In this document: piece after piece, positions 8,076 through 17,617 of the stretch | Layout: every line of letters begins with the position of its first letter | Numbering within the stretch: position 1 is the first letter of the stretch | Origin: Pseudobdellovibrionaceae bacterium | Lineage (GTDB): Bacteria > Bdellovibrionota > Bdellovibrionia > Bdellovibrionales > UBA1609 | Assembly (NCBI GenBank): GCA_002686065.1 | Contig: NYZX01000007.1 | Location: 1 to 44,404 of the forward strand | DNA: 44,404 bases | Direction of reading: 5' to 3' | The notes under the pieces: model-generated | Seen by the model: the letters and a program-made list of their open reading frames with translations, nothing else | Databases searched by the model: none | What the model was told of the DNA's origin: nothing | Program-made: the position numbers and the translations under genes

Positions 8076-8834
8076 ATGCCACAGACGAAAATGCAAACCA
8101 GCCAGGCCTTCAATATCAACTCGGCCAAACCACGCCTTCATCCCAAGGGCATCATGGAATTTCTATGGTGGAGCTTTGGCTTGTTACTATTTGCCCACCT
8201 GATTTCGACCTACCTGCTGGTCGAGCACGGCATTTACATTAAACGATTCGACTTTAACCACGAACGAAACTTCCCGACCTTCTTCGCCACCTTTCAGCTG
8301 GCTTTCGCTGGTATCTTGCTGTGGCATAGCTTTAAAGCGGCCACCTCGAAGTCATTTTCAGTGACCTGGAAGCTACTCAGCTTCGTCTTTTTGTTTTTGG
8401 CCTTCGATGAATTCTTCCAAATTCATGATCAACTGGGGGCACGGGTCTCTGACGTCAAAATACAAACCTCCAGTTGGGTCGCTCCCTATATGGCAGGGCT
8501 AGCTGGCCTTAGTGTCATCGGAGTACCTTGGTTTTTTAACCTGCCATTAAAAACACGTTGGGCCTTTTTTATATCAGGAACTATTTTCGTCACGGGCGCA
8601 GCCGGAGTTGAAATTGTTGGCGACATTCTAAAAACCAACTTCGGATTCCAGCACCTATACTACCGGCTAGCAATCACCGTCGAGGAAAGCTGTGAATTCA
8701 TCGGCCTCACGCTATTTATCAAAGCCTTGCTCGATTATTATTTCAGCCAAAAAGACGAGCTCTCTTTGCCTTGGGTCGATGTCGACTGTAGACCGCCTAT
8801 CGAGACTTCGAAACCTGGTGAGGCTCCCCTTTAG
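8076..8834 (+). CDS. hypothetical integral membrane protein
   Basis: 252-aa ORF with about 6 TM helices and no recognised motif. Start uncertain (alternative Met codons downstream). Confidence 0.55.
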   Translation: MPQTKMQTSQAFNINSAKPRLHPKGIMEFLWWSFGLLLFAHLISTYLLVEHGIYIKRFDFNHERNFPTFFATFQLAFAGILLWHSFKAATSKSFSVTWKLLSFVFLFLAFDEFFQIHDQLGARVSDVKIQTSSWVAPYMAGLAGLSVIGVPWFFNLPLKTRWAFFISGTIFVTGAAGVEIVGDILKTNFGFQHLYYRLAITVEESCEFIGLTLFIKALLDYYFSQKDELSLPWVDVDCRPPIETSKPGEAPL

Positions 8835-10695
8835 AAGACGAGTAAATCGTGTTTCCAGCCAGGCCGTTATTGTACTGCTGAATATATGCTTTTAATAAGT
8901 CCGACATCTTTTTTAAATCTTCGGGTTGATCCAAAGGATGCCTTTGCTGTCGATCATTAAAAAAGTCATACAGATCTTGCTGACCGTTAGGCCCCTGATG
9001 CAACACCAGGTGATCTTTCACTAACCAGTAATTCCCACTTAAAAAGAAGACCGCATCACCCGACGTTGATGAGTCAAACACCGATCGCCCCAACCGAGTG
9101 TGCGGTGAGCCTTCCAGATCCAAATAATCTAAAACCGATGGGTAAATGTCCGCATGCTGGGTGATTTGCTGGGTGTTTGGATGTTTAAAGGTCTTTGTTG
9201 GATGATAAAATATCAAAGGCACCATATGACGGCCCGTCGGCGAGTTATAGTGCACCGACTTGGACATCTGCGTATGATCCGCTGTAATGACAAACAAGGT
9301 GTTTTCATACCAGCCCTGCTGACGAGCTGTTTCAAAAAAACGCTTTAGCGCAAAATCGACATACTGAACACTGGCGTGAATTTTTAGATCCCCACCCTTG
9401 AACCGATCTTTGTATTTCTCGGGAACGTGGTAGGGCTGATGTGTGCTGATCGTAAACACCGTCGAAAAGAATGGCTGAGGGTGCTTACCTAGTTCGCTGG
9501 CCATGTACTGCAAAAAGGGCTCATCGAACAAACCCCAGTTCCCATCAAAATCACGATCAACATGGGGATAGCGCTCTAAGGGATAATAATCTTTAAGCCC
9601 CGCCATCGAGGAAATCGCATCGAAATACATCGTGCCTTTTCTTGCCGCATGAAAAAAACTGGTGTGATAGCCGTGGTCCGATAACACCCGCCCCAAGCCA
9701 TACCAGCGATTCGATTGGTAGTTGGACTTCGCCAAAGGAGTCGCCATCAACGAAGGGATGCCAAACAGTATTGCCGGCAAGGCCTCGATCGACTTTCTTG
9801 CGTTGGCCATATTATTGGGAAAGTAAAGTGACTTCTCAATCAGTTGATCCAAAAAAGGCGTATATCCCTTATAGCTGTTCGCCTTTCCGATGAATTCGGT
9901 CGCAAAACTTTCAAGGATGATTAATACAACATTTTCAGGTTTTCCGGCTGACCAGCCCGTGTCTTTCAGTCGCGGCAGATACCCGTCTAAGTCTTTCTCT
10001 GAATAAAACTGCACAGGCTGAAGCAAATTCTTTTGCTTACTTGTCAAAAACGTAAAGGTCGAATTCAACGATAAGATCCCAAGCTCCGTCGCCCCAGATC
10101 CGAAGGCATGGGCTGTTTTAAGCGGCTTAGTTTGCAAGCCCCCTCGGATACCGATCACAGCGACCGCAATAACCAGCAAACGTAAAATACCGGCACCAAG
10201 CCAACCAAGGCGATCTTGCTTAGAGTGTTGCCAAGGTTTATAGGACATCCAAACAACGCCAGCCACGATCGCAAACATCACGCTTAGGTGCCAATAGTTC
10301 ACAATAAACTGGTCAACTTGGTTGGCCGCCTCATTCCCTAAGAACAAAACGGACTTGTTTAATCGCGTGTCCGTAAACTTGTAGTACTCGATGTCTGCTA
10401 GGTTCATTCCGATAAAAACGAAATTCGCCATAATAAAAATGACCTTTAGTAGCTTTTGATAGACATCGGTTCGAGCCAATTTAAAAGGCACCAAAGCCAT
10501 TAAAATAAAAATGAGGTTCGACATCAAAACAGCCGAGACATCAAAGCGCAGCCCTACAAGAAAGGCCCCAACTAACTCAAAGAAGTGAAACTTTTGGAAC
10601 TGATTCCAGTTCAAGATCATAAAGCCTAGACGCATGAACTGATAGATTCCTACCAGCACCATCAACCGCCCGAATAGCCACTTTGTCAGCCTCAC
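8797..10695 (-). CDS. LTA-synthase / OpgB-type sulfatase-family membrane enzyme (paralogue of 3801..5738)
   Basis: 632 aa. N-terminal TM block followed by NVVLIILESF ... VITADHT alkaline-phosphatase-superfamily motifs. GTG start. Confidence 0.8.
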   Translation of the reverse strand: MRLTKWLFGRLMVLVGIYQFMRLGFMILNWNQFQKFHFFELVGAFLVGLRFDVSAVLMSNLIFILMALVPFKLARTDVYQKLLKVIFIMANFVFIGMNLADIEYYKFTDTRLNKSVLFLGNEAANQVDQFIVNYWHLSVMFAIVAGVVWMSYKPWQHSKQDRLGWLGAGILRLLVIAVAVIGIRGGLQTKPLKTAHAFGSGATELGILSLNSTFTFLTSKQKNLLQPVQFYSEKDLDGYLPRLKDTGWSAGKPENVVLIILESFATEFIGKANSYKGYTPFLDQLIEKSLYFPNNMANARKSIEALPAILFGIPSLMATPLAKSNYQSNRWYGLGRVLSDHGYHTSFFHAARKGTMYFDAISSMAGLKDYYPLERYPHVDRDFDGNWGLFDEPFLQYMASELGKHPQPFFSTVFTISTHQPYHVPEKYKDRFKGGDLKIHASVQYVDFALKRFFETARQQGWYENTLFVITADHTQMSKSVHYNSPTGRHMVPLIFYHPTKTFKHPNTQQITQHADIYPSVLDYLDLEGSPHTRLGRSVFDSSTSGDAVFFLSGNYWLVKDHLVLHQGPNGQQDLYDFFNDRQQRHPLDQPEDLKKMSDLLKAYIQQYNNGLAGNTIYSSSKGEPHQVSKSR

Positions 10696-10762
10696 TCTAT
10701 GTCCTTACCAAAAGTTATTTAATAACGACTAGTGTACCTAATGCCGATTTGTCAGCAAAGCC

Positions 10763-11683
10763 TTAGTTTTTCAGATCCAGCCCTGCGGAGGCTGCTACGA
10801 CATAGGTTACGGATTCCTCCGTGGGCAAAGGAATCCATTCATCCTCATCAACCACTTTATCAAAGCGACCCGAAGCCCAATCTTTTTTCGCCGCTTCGAC
10901 TTTATCCTTCGAGCTAGAGACTAAATTCCACCACAAATACCGGGGCTCAGAAAACATCTGACCACCGAAAATCATGAACTCAGCACCGGGCTTAGCATTG
11001 ATTGTCCAGTGACTTCCTGGCTTGAAAGTCAGCATATCGAAACGCTCAAGGGTTTCTGTTTCAACGTCGACCTGTCCCTCGATCACATAAATAGCGGCAT
11101 CATGATCGGCATTTAGTTGATGGGAAAAGACGCCGCCTTCGGATGATTTGGCATTGAGATAAAATAAGGGTGAGTAAGTGGGAACCGACGAGTTGTGACC
11201 TAAAAATTCGCCTGCGATCAGTCGAAATTGAATTCCTCCCTGCTCAAACTGCGGCAGTTCGGATTCTTTACTATGATAAAAACCAGGGTCCCGATCCTCT
11301 TGGCCCTTTGGCAAAGCCAACCAAAGTTGAATCCCCTCCAACTGCATTGGTTGATCTAAGGCCTGACTGCGCTCGCTATGCACGATACCTTTTCCCGCCG
11401 TCATCCAATTCACTTCTCCGGGTCGAATGGCTTGGGTGTTACCAAGACTATCCCTATGCATGATTTCGCCGTGAAAAAGGTAAGTAATGGTCGCAAGACC
11501 AATATGAGGATGGGCTCGAACTTTCAGCTCTTTTTCACCGAACAATTCGGTAGGTCCCATATGATCCCAAAAAATAAACGGCCCGACCATCTGCTGCTTT
11601 CGCTGAGGTAAGGTCCGGCGCACAACAAAGTCATCCCCCAGGTCTTTGGTTTTCGGCTTTAATCTTTGATGAATCGAACTCAT
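10763..11683 (-). CDS. pirin family protein
   Basis: HPHIGLATITYLFHGEIMHRDSLGN...MTAGKGIVHSE bicupin motif. ATG at 11683 with GGAG SD, preferred to the longer ORF ending at 11725. Confidence 0.85.
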   Translation of the reverse strand: MSSIHQRLKPKTKDLGDDFVVRRTLPQRKQQMVGPFIFWDHMGPTELFGEKELKVRAHPHIGLATITYLFHGEIMHRDSLGNTQAIRPGEVNWMTAGKGIVHSERSQALDQPMQLEGIQLWLALPKGQEDRDPGFYHSKESELPQFEQGGIQFRLIAGEFLGHNSSVPTYSPLFYLNAKSSEGGVFSHQLNADHDAAIYVIEGQVDVETETLERFDMLTFKPGSHWTINAKPGAEFMIFGGQMFSEPRYLWWNLVSSSKDKVEAAKKDWASGRFDKVVDEDEWIPLPTEESVTYVVAASAGLDLKN

Positions 11684-11688
11684 AGAAA

Positions 11689-11717
11689 ACTCCAAACTCG
11701 TGCAACGACTTTGGAGT
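11689..11717 (-). promoter_or_regulatory. hairpin sequestering the pirin Shine-Dalgarno
   Basis: ACTCCAAA (11689..11696) pairs with TTTGGAGT (11710..11717): 8 bp with a 13-nt loop. On the mRNA the 3' arm contains the GGAG that lies 6 nt before the ATG. Confidence 0.35.
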
Positions 11718-11777
11718 CTATACAAGGCCGCCCCTAGGGGCCACCCCTATCCAAGGCTTGTCTTGGAACAAGAAAAT

Positions 11778-12206
11778 TTATAGACCAAACAGCATTTCGC
11801 TATTCAGCTCGACATCCGTCGGAAGCCGAACGTCATTTTCAATAATATGAAAAAACCGATCGAAATCCAAAGGCTTAGGAAAGCAACAGCGAATACCTAG
11901 TTCAGCTGGAAGGTTGTCTGGCGAGAACTTACCCGAAAATAAATAGATCAAGTCCGGCTTGTGAAGCTCGCCACTGCGAAGATCCTGCACCATCTGAATC
12001 CCCGTTTGATGAGGCATATCGTGATCCGTAAGGACGATATCTATCTTATGGTCATGGATCAGCTTTTTCGCTTCCAAAGGATGGGTGGCCGTCATGCAAT
12101 TAAGATCAGCCATCCAAAACCGCAAGCGCATCATGCGCGCCAGTTCCGCATCATCATCGACCAACAGAATCTTCTTACCCCGTAGCTGTTCAGACGCACT
12201 AAACAT
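11778..12206 (-). CDS. stand-alone response regulator receiver domain protein
   Basis: KKILLVDDD, IVLTDHDMP (phospho-acceptor Asp) and FPKP (conserved Lys). No output domain. ATG at 12206 preferred. Confidence 0.8.
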   Translation of the reverse strand: MFSASEQLRGKKILLVDDDAELARMMRLRFWMADLNCMTATHPLEAKKLIHDHKIDIVLTDHDMPHQTGIQMVQDLRSGELHKPDLIYLFSGKFSPDNLPAELGIRCCFPKPLDFDRFFHIIENDVRLPTDVELNSEMLFGL

Positions 12207-12543
12207 GCAGTTACCCCATCTGGTTAGATCGTCACGTCCCATTCATGACGATTTCAGGATAATACAGCACCCGGGTCACTCGGAATGAATGCCCCTGAAT
12301 GTCTCTGATAGAAACAAGATCCATTCAAAAATCTTCAGTGATTTTTACTAGTTAAAGCCCCGCCAAAGGGATTATCTCAACCCATCTGTTCAAGCCAAAG
12401 ACCCGAAATAGAACATTTTCCGCTCAAATCGAACTGATCGGTCTTTGACCAGAGTGTTGCCCTACGGGACGGCTTGCAACATTTCGCAGCGCTCCGTTAA
12501 CCAATTCGTAAATGTTCGGCAAGATAAAGAAACAGAGGTGATT

Positions 12544-13245
12544 ATGCTACGACGACTTGTTTTAACTGCGCTTTTTATTCCAACCATAGCCTTCGCTAAG
12601 ACCGTTCAAGTGGGCGGCCAAGGATCGGTCCAGGCCGAGCCGGATCTTGTTTTTGTGAATGTCAGCCTGTCACACCGAGATATGAACGCAAAAAAAGCTC
12701 AAGAACAGGTGGCCAAAGCCCATGCCGGCCTTGTTGAAGCCCTTCAAAGTTTTGGACTTTCAAAGGATAGCTATCCCACCGTAAATTTTGCGATCACACC
12801 TATTTATCGCTACGGCGGCAGCCTTTCAAAAACAGGCAAACCCCAATTTGAAGGCTTTGAAGTCAGCCATCAGGTTGAAGTGGAGTTCAAGGAGACCGCA
12901 AAAATAGGTCGACTGCTTGATAAAGTAGCTGGACTCAGTAGCGAGGCTCAACTTCGAATCGACGGCCTGAATTGGCAAGTGAAGCAACACAAACAGTTCG
13001 AGCTAAAAGCGCTCAATCTGGCCGTGGCTGACTGTAAAACTAAAGCCGAAGTCATCGCCGACGCCGCCGGATCTAAACTGGGTCCTGTTGATACTCTCCG
13101 ACACGGATTCAGCCACAGCCCGATTCCAATGTCCCACAGGGGAGCTATGGAAATGGCCGTAGCTGGCAGCGCTGCTCCAACCAATATCAACCCAAAGGCG
13201 CTAGAAATTAGCGCCCATGTGGACTGTGTCTATTCATTGAACTAG
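12544..13245 (+). CDS. SIMPL (DUF541) periplasmic protein
   Basis: ATG at 12544 after GAGG. Signal peptide MLRRLVLTALFIPTIAFA. GQGSVQAEPDLVFVNVSL... pattern as in BP26/SIMPL proteins. Confidence 0.65.
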   Translation: MLRRLVLTALFIPTIAFAKTVQVGGQGSVQAEPDLVFVNVSLSHRDMNAKKAQEQVAKAHAGLVEALQSFGLSKDSYPTVNFAITPIYRYGGSLSKTGKPQFEGFEVSHQVEVEFKETAKIGRLLDKVAGLSSEAQLRIDGLNWQVKQHKQFELKALNLAVADCKTKAEVIADAAGSKLGPVDTLRHGFSHSPIPMSHRGAMEMAVAGSAAPTNINPKALEISAHVDCVYSLN

Positions 13246-13277
13246 GTGCGGGCAAGCTCGCCCGACCCTTCTTAGGT

Positions 13278-15404
13278 TTACTGACAAAGCTTGATTTGCT
13301 TCGCTCGCGTCTGTCCGCCCAGGGCGCTGGTGAAGTCTTCGCTTTTGTTCGACTCAACCAAAGACATGCGTAATTCATCGGTTGGCTTGAGATATCGTCC
13401 TACCTCACCCGACCCATCACCGTTCAGCCTTGGGCTTTTACTGACAGATTTTTCAAGCGACCCATAATTGTAAGCCGTCAGATTATCAAAAGACCCACCT
13501 TCAGCGACTTTTTTAGGATTCAGATTCAAAATCAAATCAAAGCCGTCTGCGTAGGTGATATCGAAAATGTCTGGGTTATGTTCTTCATCGATCATTTCAA
13601 TCATGTCGTCATAAAGCGAGTTATCCCGACGGTTGGAAGCGACCCATAATGCATATGTTTCTTTAAAGTCCGAATCAAATTCGAAGCGCACGATATCTAG
13701 CTCGTAAAACATTTGGATATCTTCGTCTCTGGGTTCAACGGGCTCGGTGTGCAGGTAAGGACCATAGGTCACACTATTGGCCATCTCTTCCGCGGTCATA
13801 TTCACACAGTTCGGAGCCGCCGAATAGGCTTGGGCTTCGATATCTCTGAACGAGGCTTCGGCCAAAAGTTCAGCATCTTCTGAGGTCAGCTTATCACCGA
13901 CAGGAACCACGTCCATTTTAAACTTGGGATCCGCAGCACCAACAGGACGAGGACGCTCGGTAAAAAAGCCGGCGTCGGATCGGTCTTCAGCATAGGCTAA
14001 AGGGCTTGTTCCATAGCGAACCTGTGGAAGCCTCCAGTAGTTTCCTTCGCTTCCGAAAATGCCGCCGATAGGCCAGTTTAGCCCGCCATCTTTTAATCCA
14101 CGATATTGGTAGTTAATAACGATGCTTCGAACCTTTTGACGAATCAAACAGTTAAGAACTTTTTCTTTATCATCGGCTTCTGCAGCTGCACCAGCCTTCA
14201 CGCCTGACTCAGTCATACAAGCATCAAACAACGGAGCAATATGATCTAGCTCTCTGGCTTGACCTTGCGAGTCCACATCTAAGTCTTTGCCACAATCTTT
14301 TCCTTCGCAGGCTTCTACCGCCTTGATCTGTGGGGCAGGCTGGGCAGTGGCTCGCGGTGCAGAGACCGGCTTTTGCGGCCGGGTCGCCCGAGTTTCTCCG
14401 TTGTTTGCCTGGATCACTGGCTGAGGGTTCACAGGCTCAACTACGATGTTTCGCGGGTTGGCCACCATATCGGCACAATGAAGCTTCTCAACGTCTGATT
14501 CCAACACGTCACAATAGGTCGATGCGACTTCTGACTGACAGCTGGTACGAGTTGTACTGCTTGCTGCTGACAAGCAGGCATAAGAAGCCTTCAACCAAAG
14601 CAAGCAGTCCGACGGCGAGGAAACCACGGCTTCGGAACAACGCTCATCTTCTGATACGGCTTGCAACTGATCCGCCGTCAATGAGTCCGTCGCCACTAGT
14701 TTTCCTTCAGGGGAAATGGTCAATACGTTGACCTGAGGCTTGCCTGAGTCCTGAGCCCCGGCTTGCGGATTTACTGCGGCAGGCGCCACAGCTGCTAAAG
14801 CGGCACAGTCCATTTCAAGAATAGCTTTACAGGCAGCTTGCTCACGCACGGAAAAGCTCACGCCTTTTAATTTGTTTTCATCTTTTAACCATGCGGTCAT
14901 CGCTTGAACGACGTCTTCTTTTTTTACCACGTCCATTTCGTGGATTTTTTCTTCCGCTTTTTCCGCTTTCGGATCTGATTTCGATCGAATCAATTGCTTC
15001 ACAACAATTTTGCCATCTGCCAAATACCGAACACTGGATTCTTGAACGCAATCACCCTGAGTGTTAGCCGTCTGGGCCTGCAAGGAATCGCCAATTTTAA
15101 ACTGGGCTTTTCCTTTGCTGGCGCCAAAAACCAGAGCCGTTACATCAGCTTGAGCCGGCTGAAGCTTTGCCAAGGAACAGCCTTCTGTCGGAGTCATAAC
15201 CATATTGGCTGTAATCAGGCTGACCTCTGTATCGCTGGTCTTTAGGATGGCCGCGATCTGAACAGGGTTGCTTTGATCCTTAGCCATTAAAAAGGCTTCA
15301 TCCATTGGTTTTAAGTCTGCATTTAAGGCCTTAGGTTTAAACCCGCCGTCTCCACAACCTGACAACATCATTGCACCAGCAACTAACCAGATGACTGACT
15401 TCAT
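13278..15404 (-). CDS. large Cys-rich lipoprotein, hypothetical
   Basis: Lipobox MLSGC. 17 Cys in total. Pro/Ala/Gln-rich linkers. ATG at 15404 with GGAAGGA SD. No family recognised. Confidence 0.7.
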   Translation of the reverse strand: MKSVIWLVAGAMMLSGCGDGGFKPKALNADLKPMDEAFLMAKDQSNPVQIAAILKTSDTEVSLITANMVMTPTEGCSLAKLQPAQADVTALVFGASKGKAQFKIGDSLQAQTANTQGDCVQESSVRYLADGKIVVKQLIRSKSDPKAEKAEEKIHEMDVVKKEDVVQAMTAWLKDENKLKGVSFSVREQAACKAILEMDCAALAAVAPAAVNPQAGAQDSGKPQVNVLTISPEGKLVATDSLTADQLQAVSEDERCSEAVVSSPSDCLLWLKASYACLSAASSTTRTSCQSEVASTYCDVLESDVEKLHCADMVANPRNIVVEPVNPQPVIQANNGETRATRPQKPVSAPRATAQPAPQIKAVEACEGKDCGKDLDVDSQGQARELDHIAPLFDACMTESGVKAGAAAEADDKEKVLNCLIRQKVRSIVINYQYRGLKDGGLNWPIGGIFGSEGNYWRLPQVRYGTSPLAYAEDRSDAGFFTERPRPVGAADPKFKMDVVPVGDKLTSEDAELLAEASFRDIEAQAYSAAPNCVNMTAEEMANSVTYGPYLHTEPVEPRDEDIQMFYELDIVRFEFDSDFKETYALWVASNRRDNSLYDDMIEMIDEEHNPDIFDITYADGFDLILNLNPKKVAEGGSFDNLTAYNYGSLEKSVSKSPRLNGDGSGEVGRYLKPTDELRMSLVESNKSEDFTSALGGQTRAKQIKLCQ

Positions 15405-15476
15405 CACACAATCCTTCCCTTCAAGGGGGTCTCATAAATTCTGTACGCCCCTTAGAACTTCACAAATTGTGCCAAA

Positions 15477-15490
15477 GTGGGACGTCCCAC
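15477..15490. promoter_or_regulatory. perfect 14-bp palindrome in a divergent promoter region
   Basis: GTGGGACGTCCCAC, between the lipoprotein gene (minus strand) and the dsbD-like gene (plus strand). Confidence 0.35.
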
Positions 15491-15639
15491 GAAGACCGGG
15501 CCTAGCCTTAGCCTGTCAAAAACCTATACAGCAGCGGAATTTCGGCACCGATCGGGTAATGAAAGCCTATCGAAAGACACAGAGTGTTTAGGACAAAACG
15601 GCGCGACTTCAAATTCCCTGGGTGGCATACTTTTTTACG

Positions 15640-17598
15640 ATGAAACGACTTTGGATCAATCACCGCTTGGGTGGTCTTTTCGCTTTACTTTTAATACTCG
15701 TGATCGACTCGGTCGGACTGGCCTCGACCACCCAACAGAAATTCGACCGCACAGCCGTCTCGATCTCTGGATCAAGCACACTGACCCCGGGCGAATATCA
15801 GATTGCTCTACATATCACCACCATCGACGAGTGGCACACCTATTGGGTTAACCCCGGCGACTCAGGCGCTCCGACAGAGCTCAGCTGGTCGGACTCGGTT
15901 AGACCAGAAGGCCCGCTACTGTATCCCACGCCCGAACGTATCCCAGGGGTGCTTCAAACCATCGGATATCATCATGGGCTGACTTTGAAGCAAAACATCT
16001 TGTGGCATCAACCCACAAAACCCCTCCAGGTCGAGATCGACTGGCTGGTGTGTAAAGAAGCCTGCTACCCCTACTCAGCCCGCCTGGTGGTCGACAGCCC
16101 CGAACAGCTTCCTGTCACCGAAACTCCACAAAACCCCGAGACTTATCCACAAAACCTTAAAGTCAAAGCCCTGATCTCAGAAAAGGATGTGACCTTACAC
16201 CATCCGGATCACCTTGTGTTTTCCGATCTTTTTTTTCTAAGTAATCAGCATTTCAGTAATGCGCCCCCCGAATTGATCAAGGCCAACGCAAGCAGGACTC
16301 AACTAGGTTTAGATGCCCAGTCCTCAAGTGCTCCTGATCAACCCGAAAAAGCCTTGGTGGTTTTTCGCGATAAGTCCACCTCAATACCTCACAGCCAGTG
16401 GGTTCTTTTAAAACCACAAACACCATCGGTGTTGTGGTTCATGTTGCTGGCCTTTTTCGGAGGCCTCTTACTTAACCTCATGCCCTGCGTGTTTCCGGTT
16501 CTATTTTTAAAAATCCAGGCCTTGGTACAACTAGACGAGCGCCCTTCGAACGGGATCGCCTACACTCTTGGGGTCTGCCTGACTTTCTTTGCCCTTAATG
16601 TGTTGCTACTTGCTTTAACGGCCTCCGGACAGGCCTTGGGATGGGGCTTTCAGTTTCAGTCCCCCGCCGCTTTGGCCTTCATGGTGGTGTTATTTTTCCT
16701 TTTGGCCCTATATATGTATGGCTACTTTGACCTGCCTCTGGCTTGGCTACAAAATTCGGCCGCACAGAAAAGCCGCGGGGATTTTCTAACTGGAGTCCTT
16801 GCTGTTTTTGTTGCCTCACCTTGTACGGCTCCATTCATGGGCGCGGCCCTTGGCTATGCCTCTTTACAACCAGTGATCATTCAAATTTTGATCTTTCAAG
16901 CCTTGGCCCTTGGCTTTGCTTCGCCTTTTTATCTACTTCCCCTGCTGCCAAAAAACTATCTACCCAAAATAAGGCCCGGCGCGTGGATGGAACACTTTAA
17001 AAAGTTTATGGCCTTCCCCTTGCTGTTTACAGCTCTGTGGTTGACCTCGGTTTTTTTACAAGTCTCCGGAGAAACGCAAACCCTTGCTTTATTAGCTGGC
17101 CTGATCTGGATCTTTCTTTTCATCTGGAGCCAAAAATCCTTCCAAAGTCTACTCGGCCGCTGGGGTCTTCCTTTGGTTTGCGGCTTTGCTGTCTACCTAT
17201 TTATGGCTCCGCAAATGACATCCAGGCAAAGCGCAGACAGATCGAAAGGCTCCGATCGCCTGTATAGCTGGCAAACTTTTGAAGACAAAGACTACCAGGC
17301 CCTGGCCAACCAACGACAAGCCCCGGTGTTCATCAACTTCACGGCGGCATGGTGTCTATCTTGCCAGGTTAACGACCGGCTGACTTTTGCCGATCCACAA
17401 GTACAAAAATATATCAAAGACAACAATATCTTGATGGTCAAAGCTGACTGGACCAAGCCCGATGAGCTCATTGCAAAAACATTGAAGCGCTTCGGACGTA
17501 ACGGCATACCTGTTTATGTCGTTTATCAACCCAAGGAAAGCAGCTACAAACTGCTTCCAGAAGTGATCACCCCCCGTTTATTTATAGATAGCTTTTAA
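15640..17598 (+). CDS. dsbD: DsbD/ScsB-type thiol:disulfide interchange (electron-transfer) membrane protein
   Basis: Three modules. N-terminal periplasmic domain with CKEAC. TM core with LMPCVFPVL and ASPCTAPF. C-terminal thioredoxin domain with AAWCLSCQ. Start is ATG 15640 or GTG 15622. Confidence 0.85.
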   Translation: MKRLWINHRLGGLFALLLILVIDSVGLASTTQQKFDRTAVSISGSSTLTPGEYQIALHITTIDEWHTYWVNPGDSGAPTELSWSDSVRPEGPLLYPTPERIPGVLQTIGYHHGLTLKQNILWHQPTKPLQVEIDWLVCKEACYPYSARLVVDSPEQLPVTETPQNPETYPQNLKVKALISEKDVTLHHPDHLVFSDLFFLSNQHFSNAPPELIKANASRTQLGLDAQSSSAPDQPEKALVVFRDKSTSIPHSQWVLLKPQTPSVLWFMLLAFFGGLLLNLMPCVFPVLFLKIQALVQLDERPSNGIAYTLGVCLTFFALNVLLLALTASGQALGWGFQFQSPAALAFMVVLFFLLALYMYGYFDLPLAWLQNSAAQKSRGDFLTGVLAVFVASPCTAPFMGAALGYASLQPVIIQILIFQALALGFASPFYLLPLLPKNYLPKIRPGAWMEHFKKFMAFPLLFTALWLTSVFLQVSGETQTLALLAGLIWIFLFIWSQKSFQSLLGRWGLPLVCGFAVYLFMAPQMTSRQSADRSKGSDRLYSWQTFEDKDYQALANQRQAPVFINFTAAWCLSCQVNDRLTFADPQVQKYIKDNNILMVKADWTKPDELIAKTLKRFGRNGIPVYVVYQPKESSYKLLPEVITPRLFIDSF

Positions 17599-17617
17599 AC
17601 CTTGTAAGGAGGACAAC

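Noticed and set aside
11730-11741. GCCCCTAGGGGC as a second CsoR operator, because its C4-TA-G4 core resembles the 7900..7918 site.
   Set aside because: It lacks the TATA/TATA flanks of the csoR box and is only 12 bp long. It lies between a response regulator stop and the pirin promoter, with no metal genes nearby. It is more likely a small GC hairpin.
12465-12478. A sigma-54-like GG...TTGC element (GGGACGGCTTGCA) upstream of the SIMPL gene. A similar TGGCGTGCTGGCT lies upstream of the MFS gene near 29680.
   Set aside because: The GG-to-GC spacing is 2-3 nt shorter than the fixed -24/-12 spacing, and no enhancer-binding protein gene is present.
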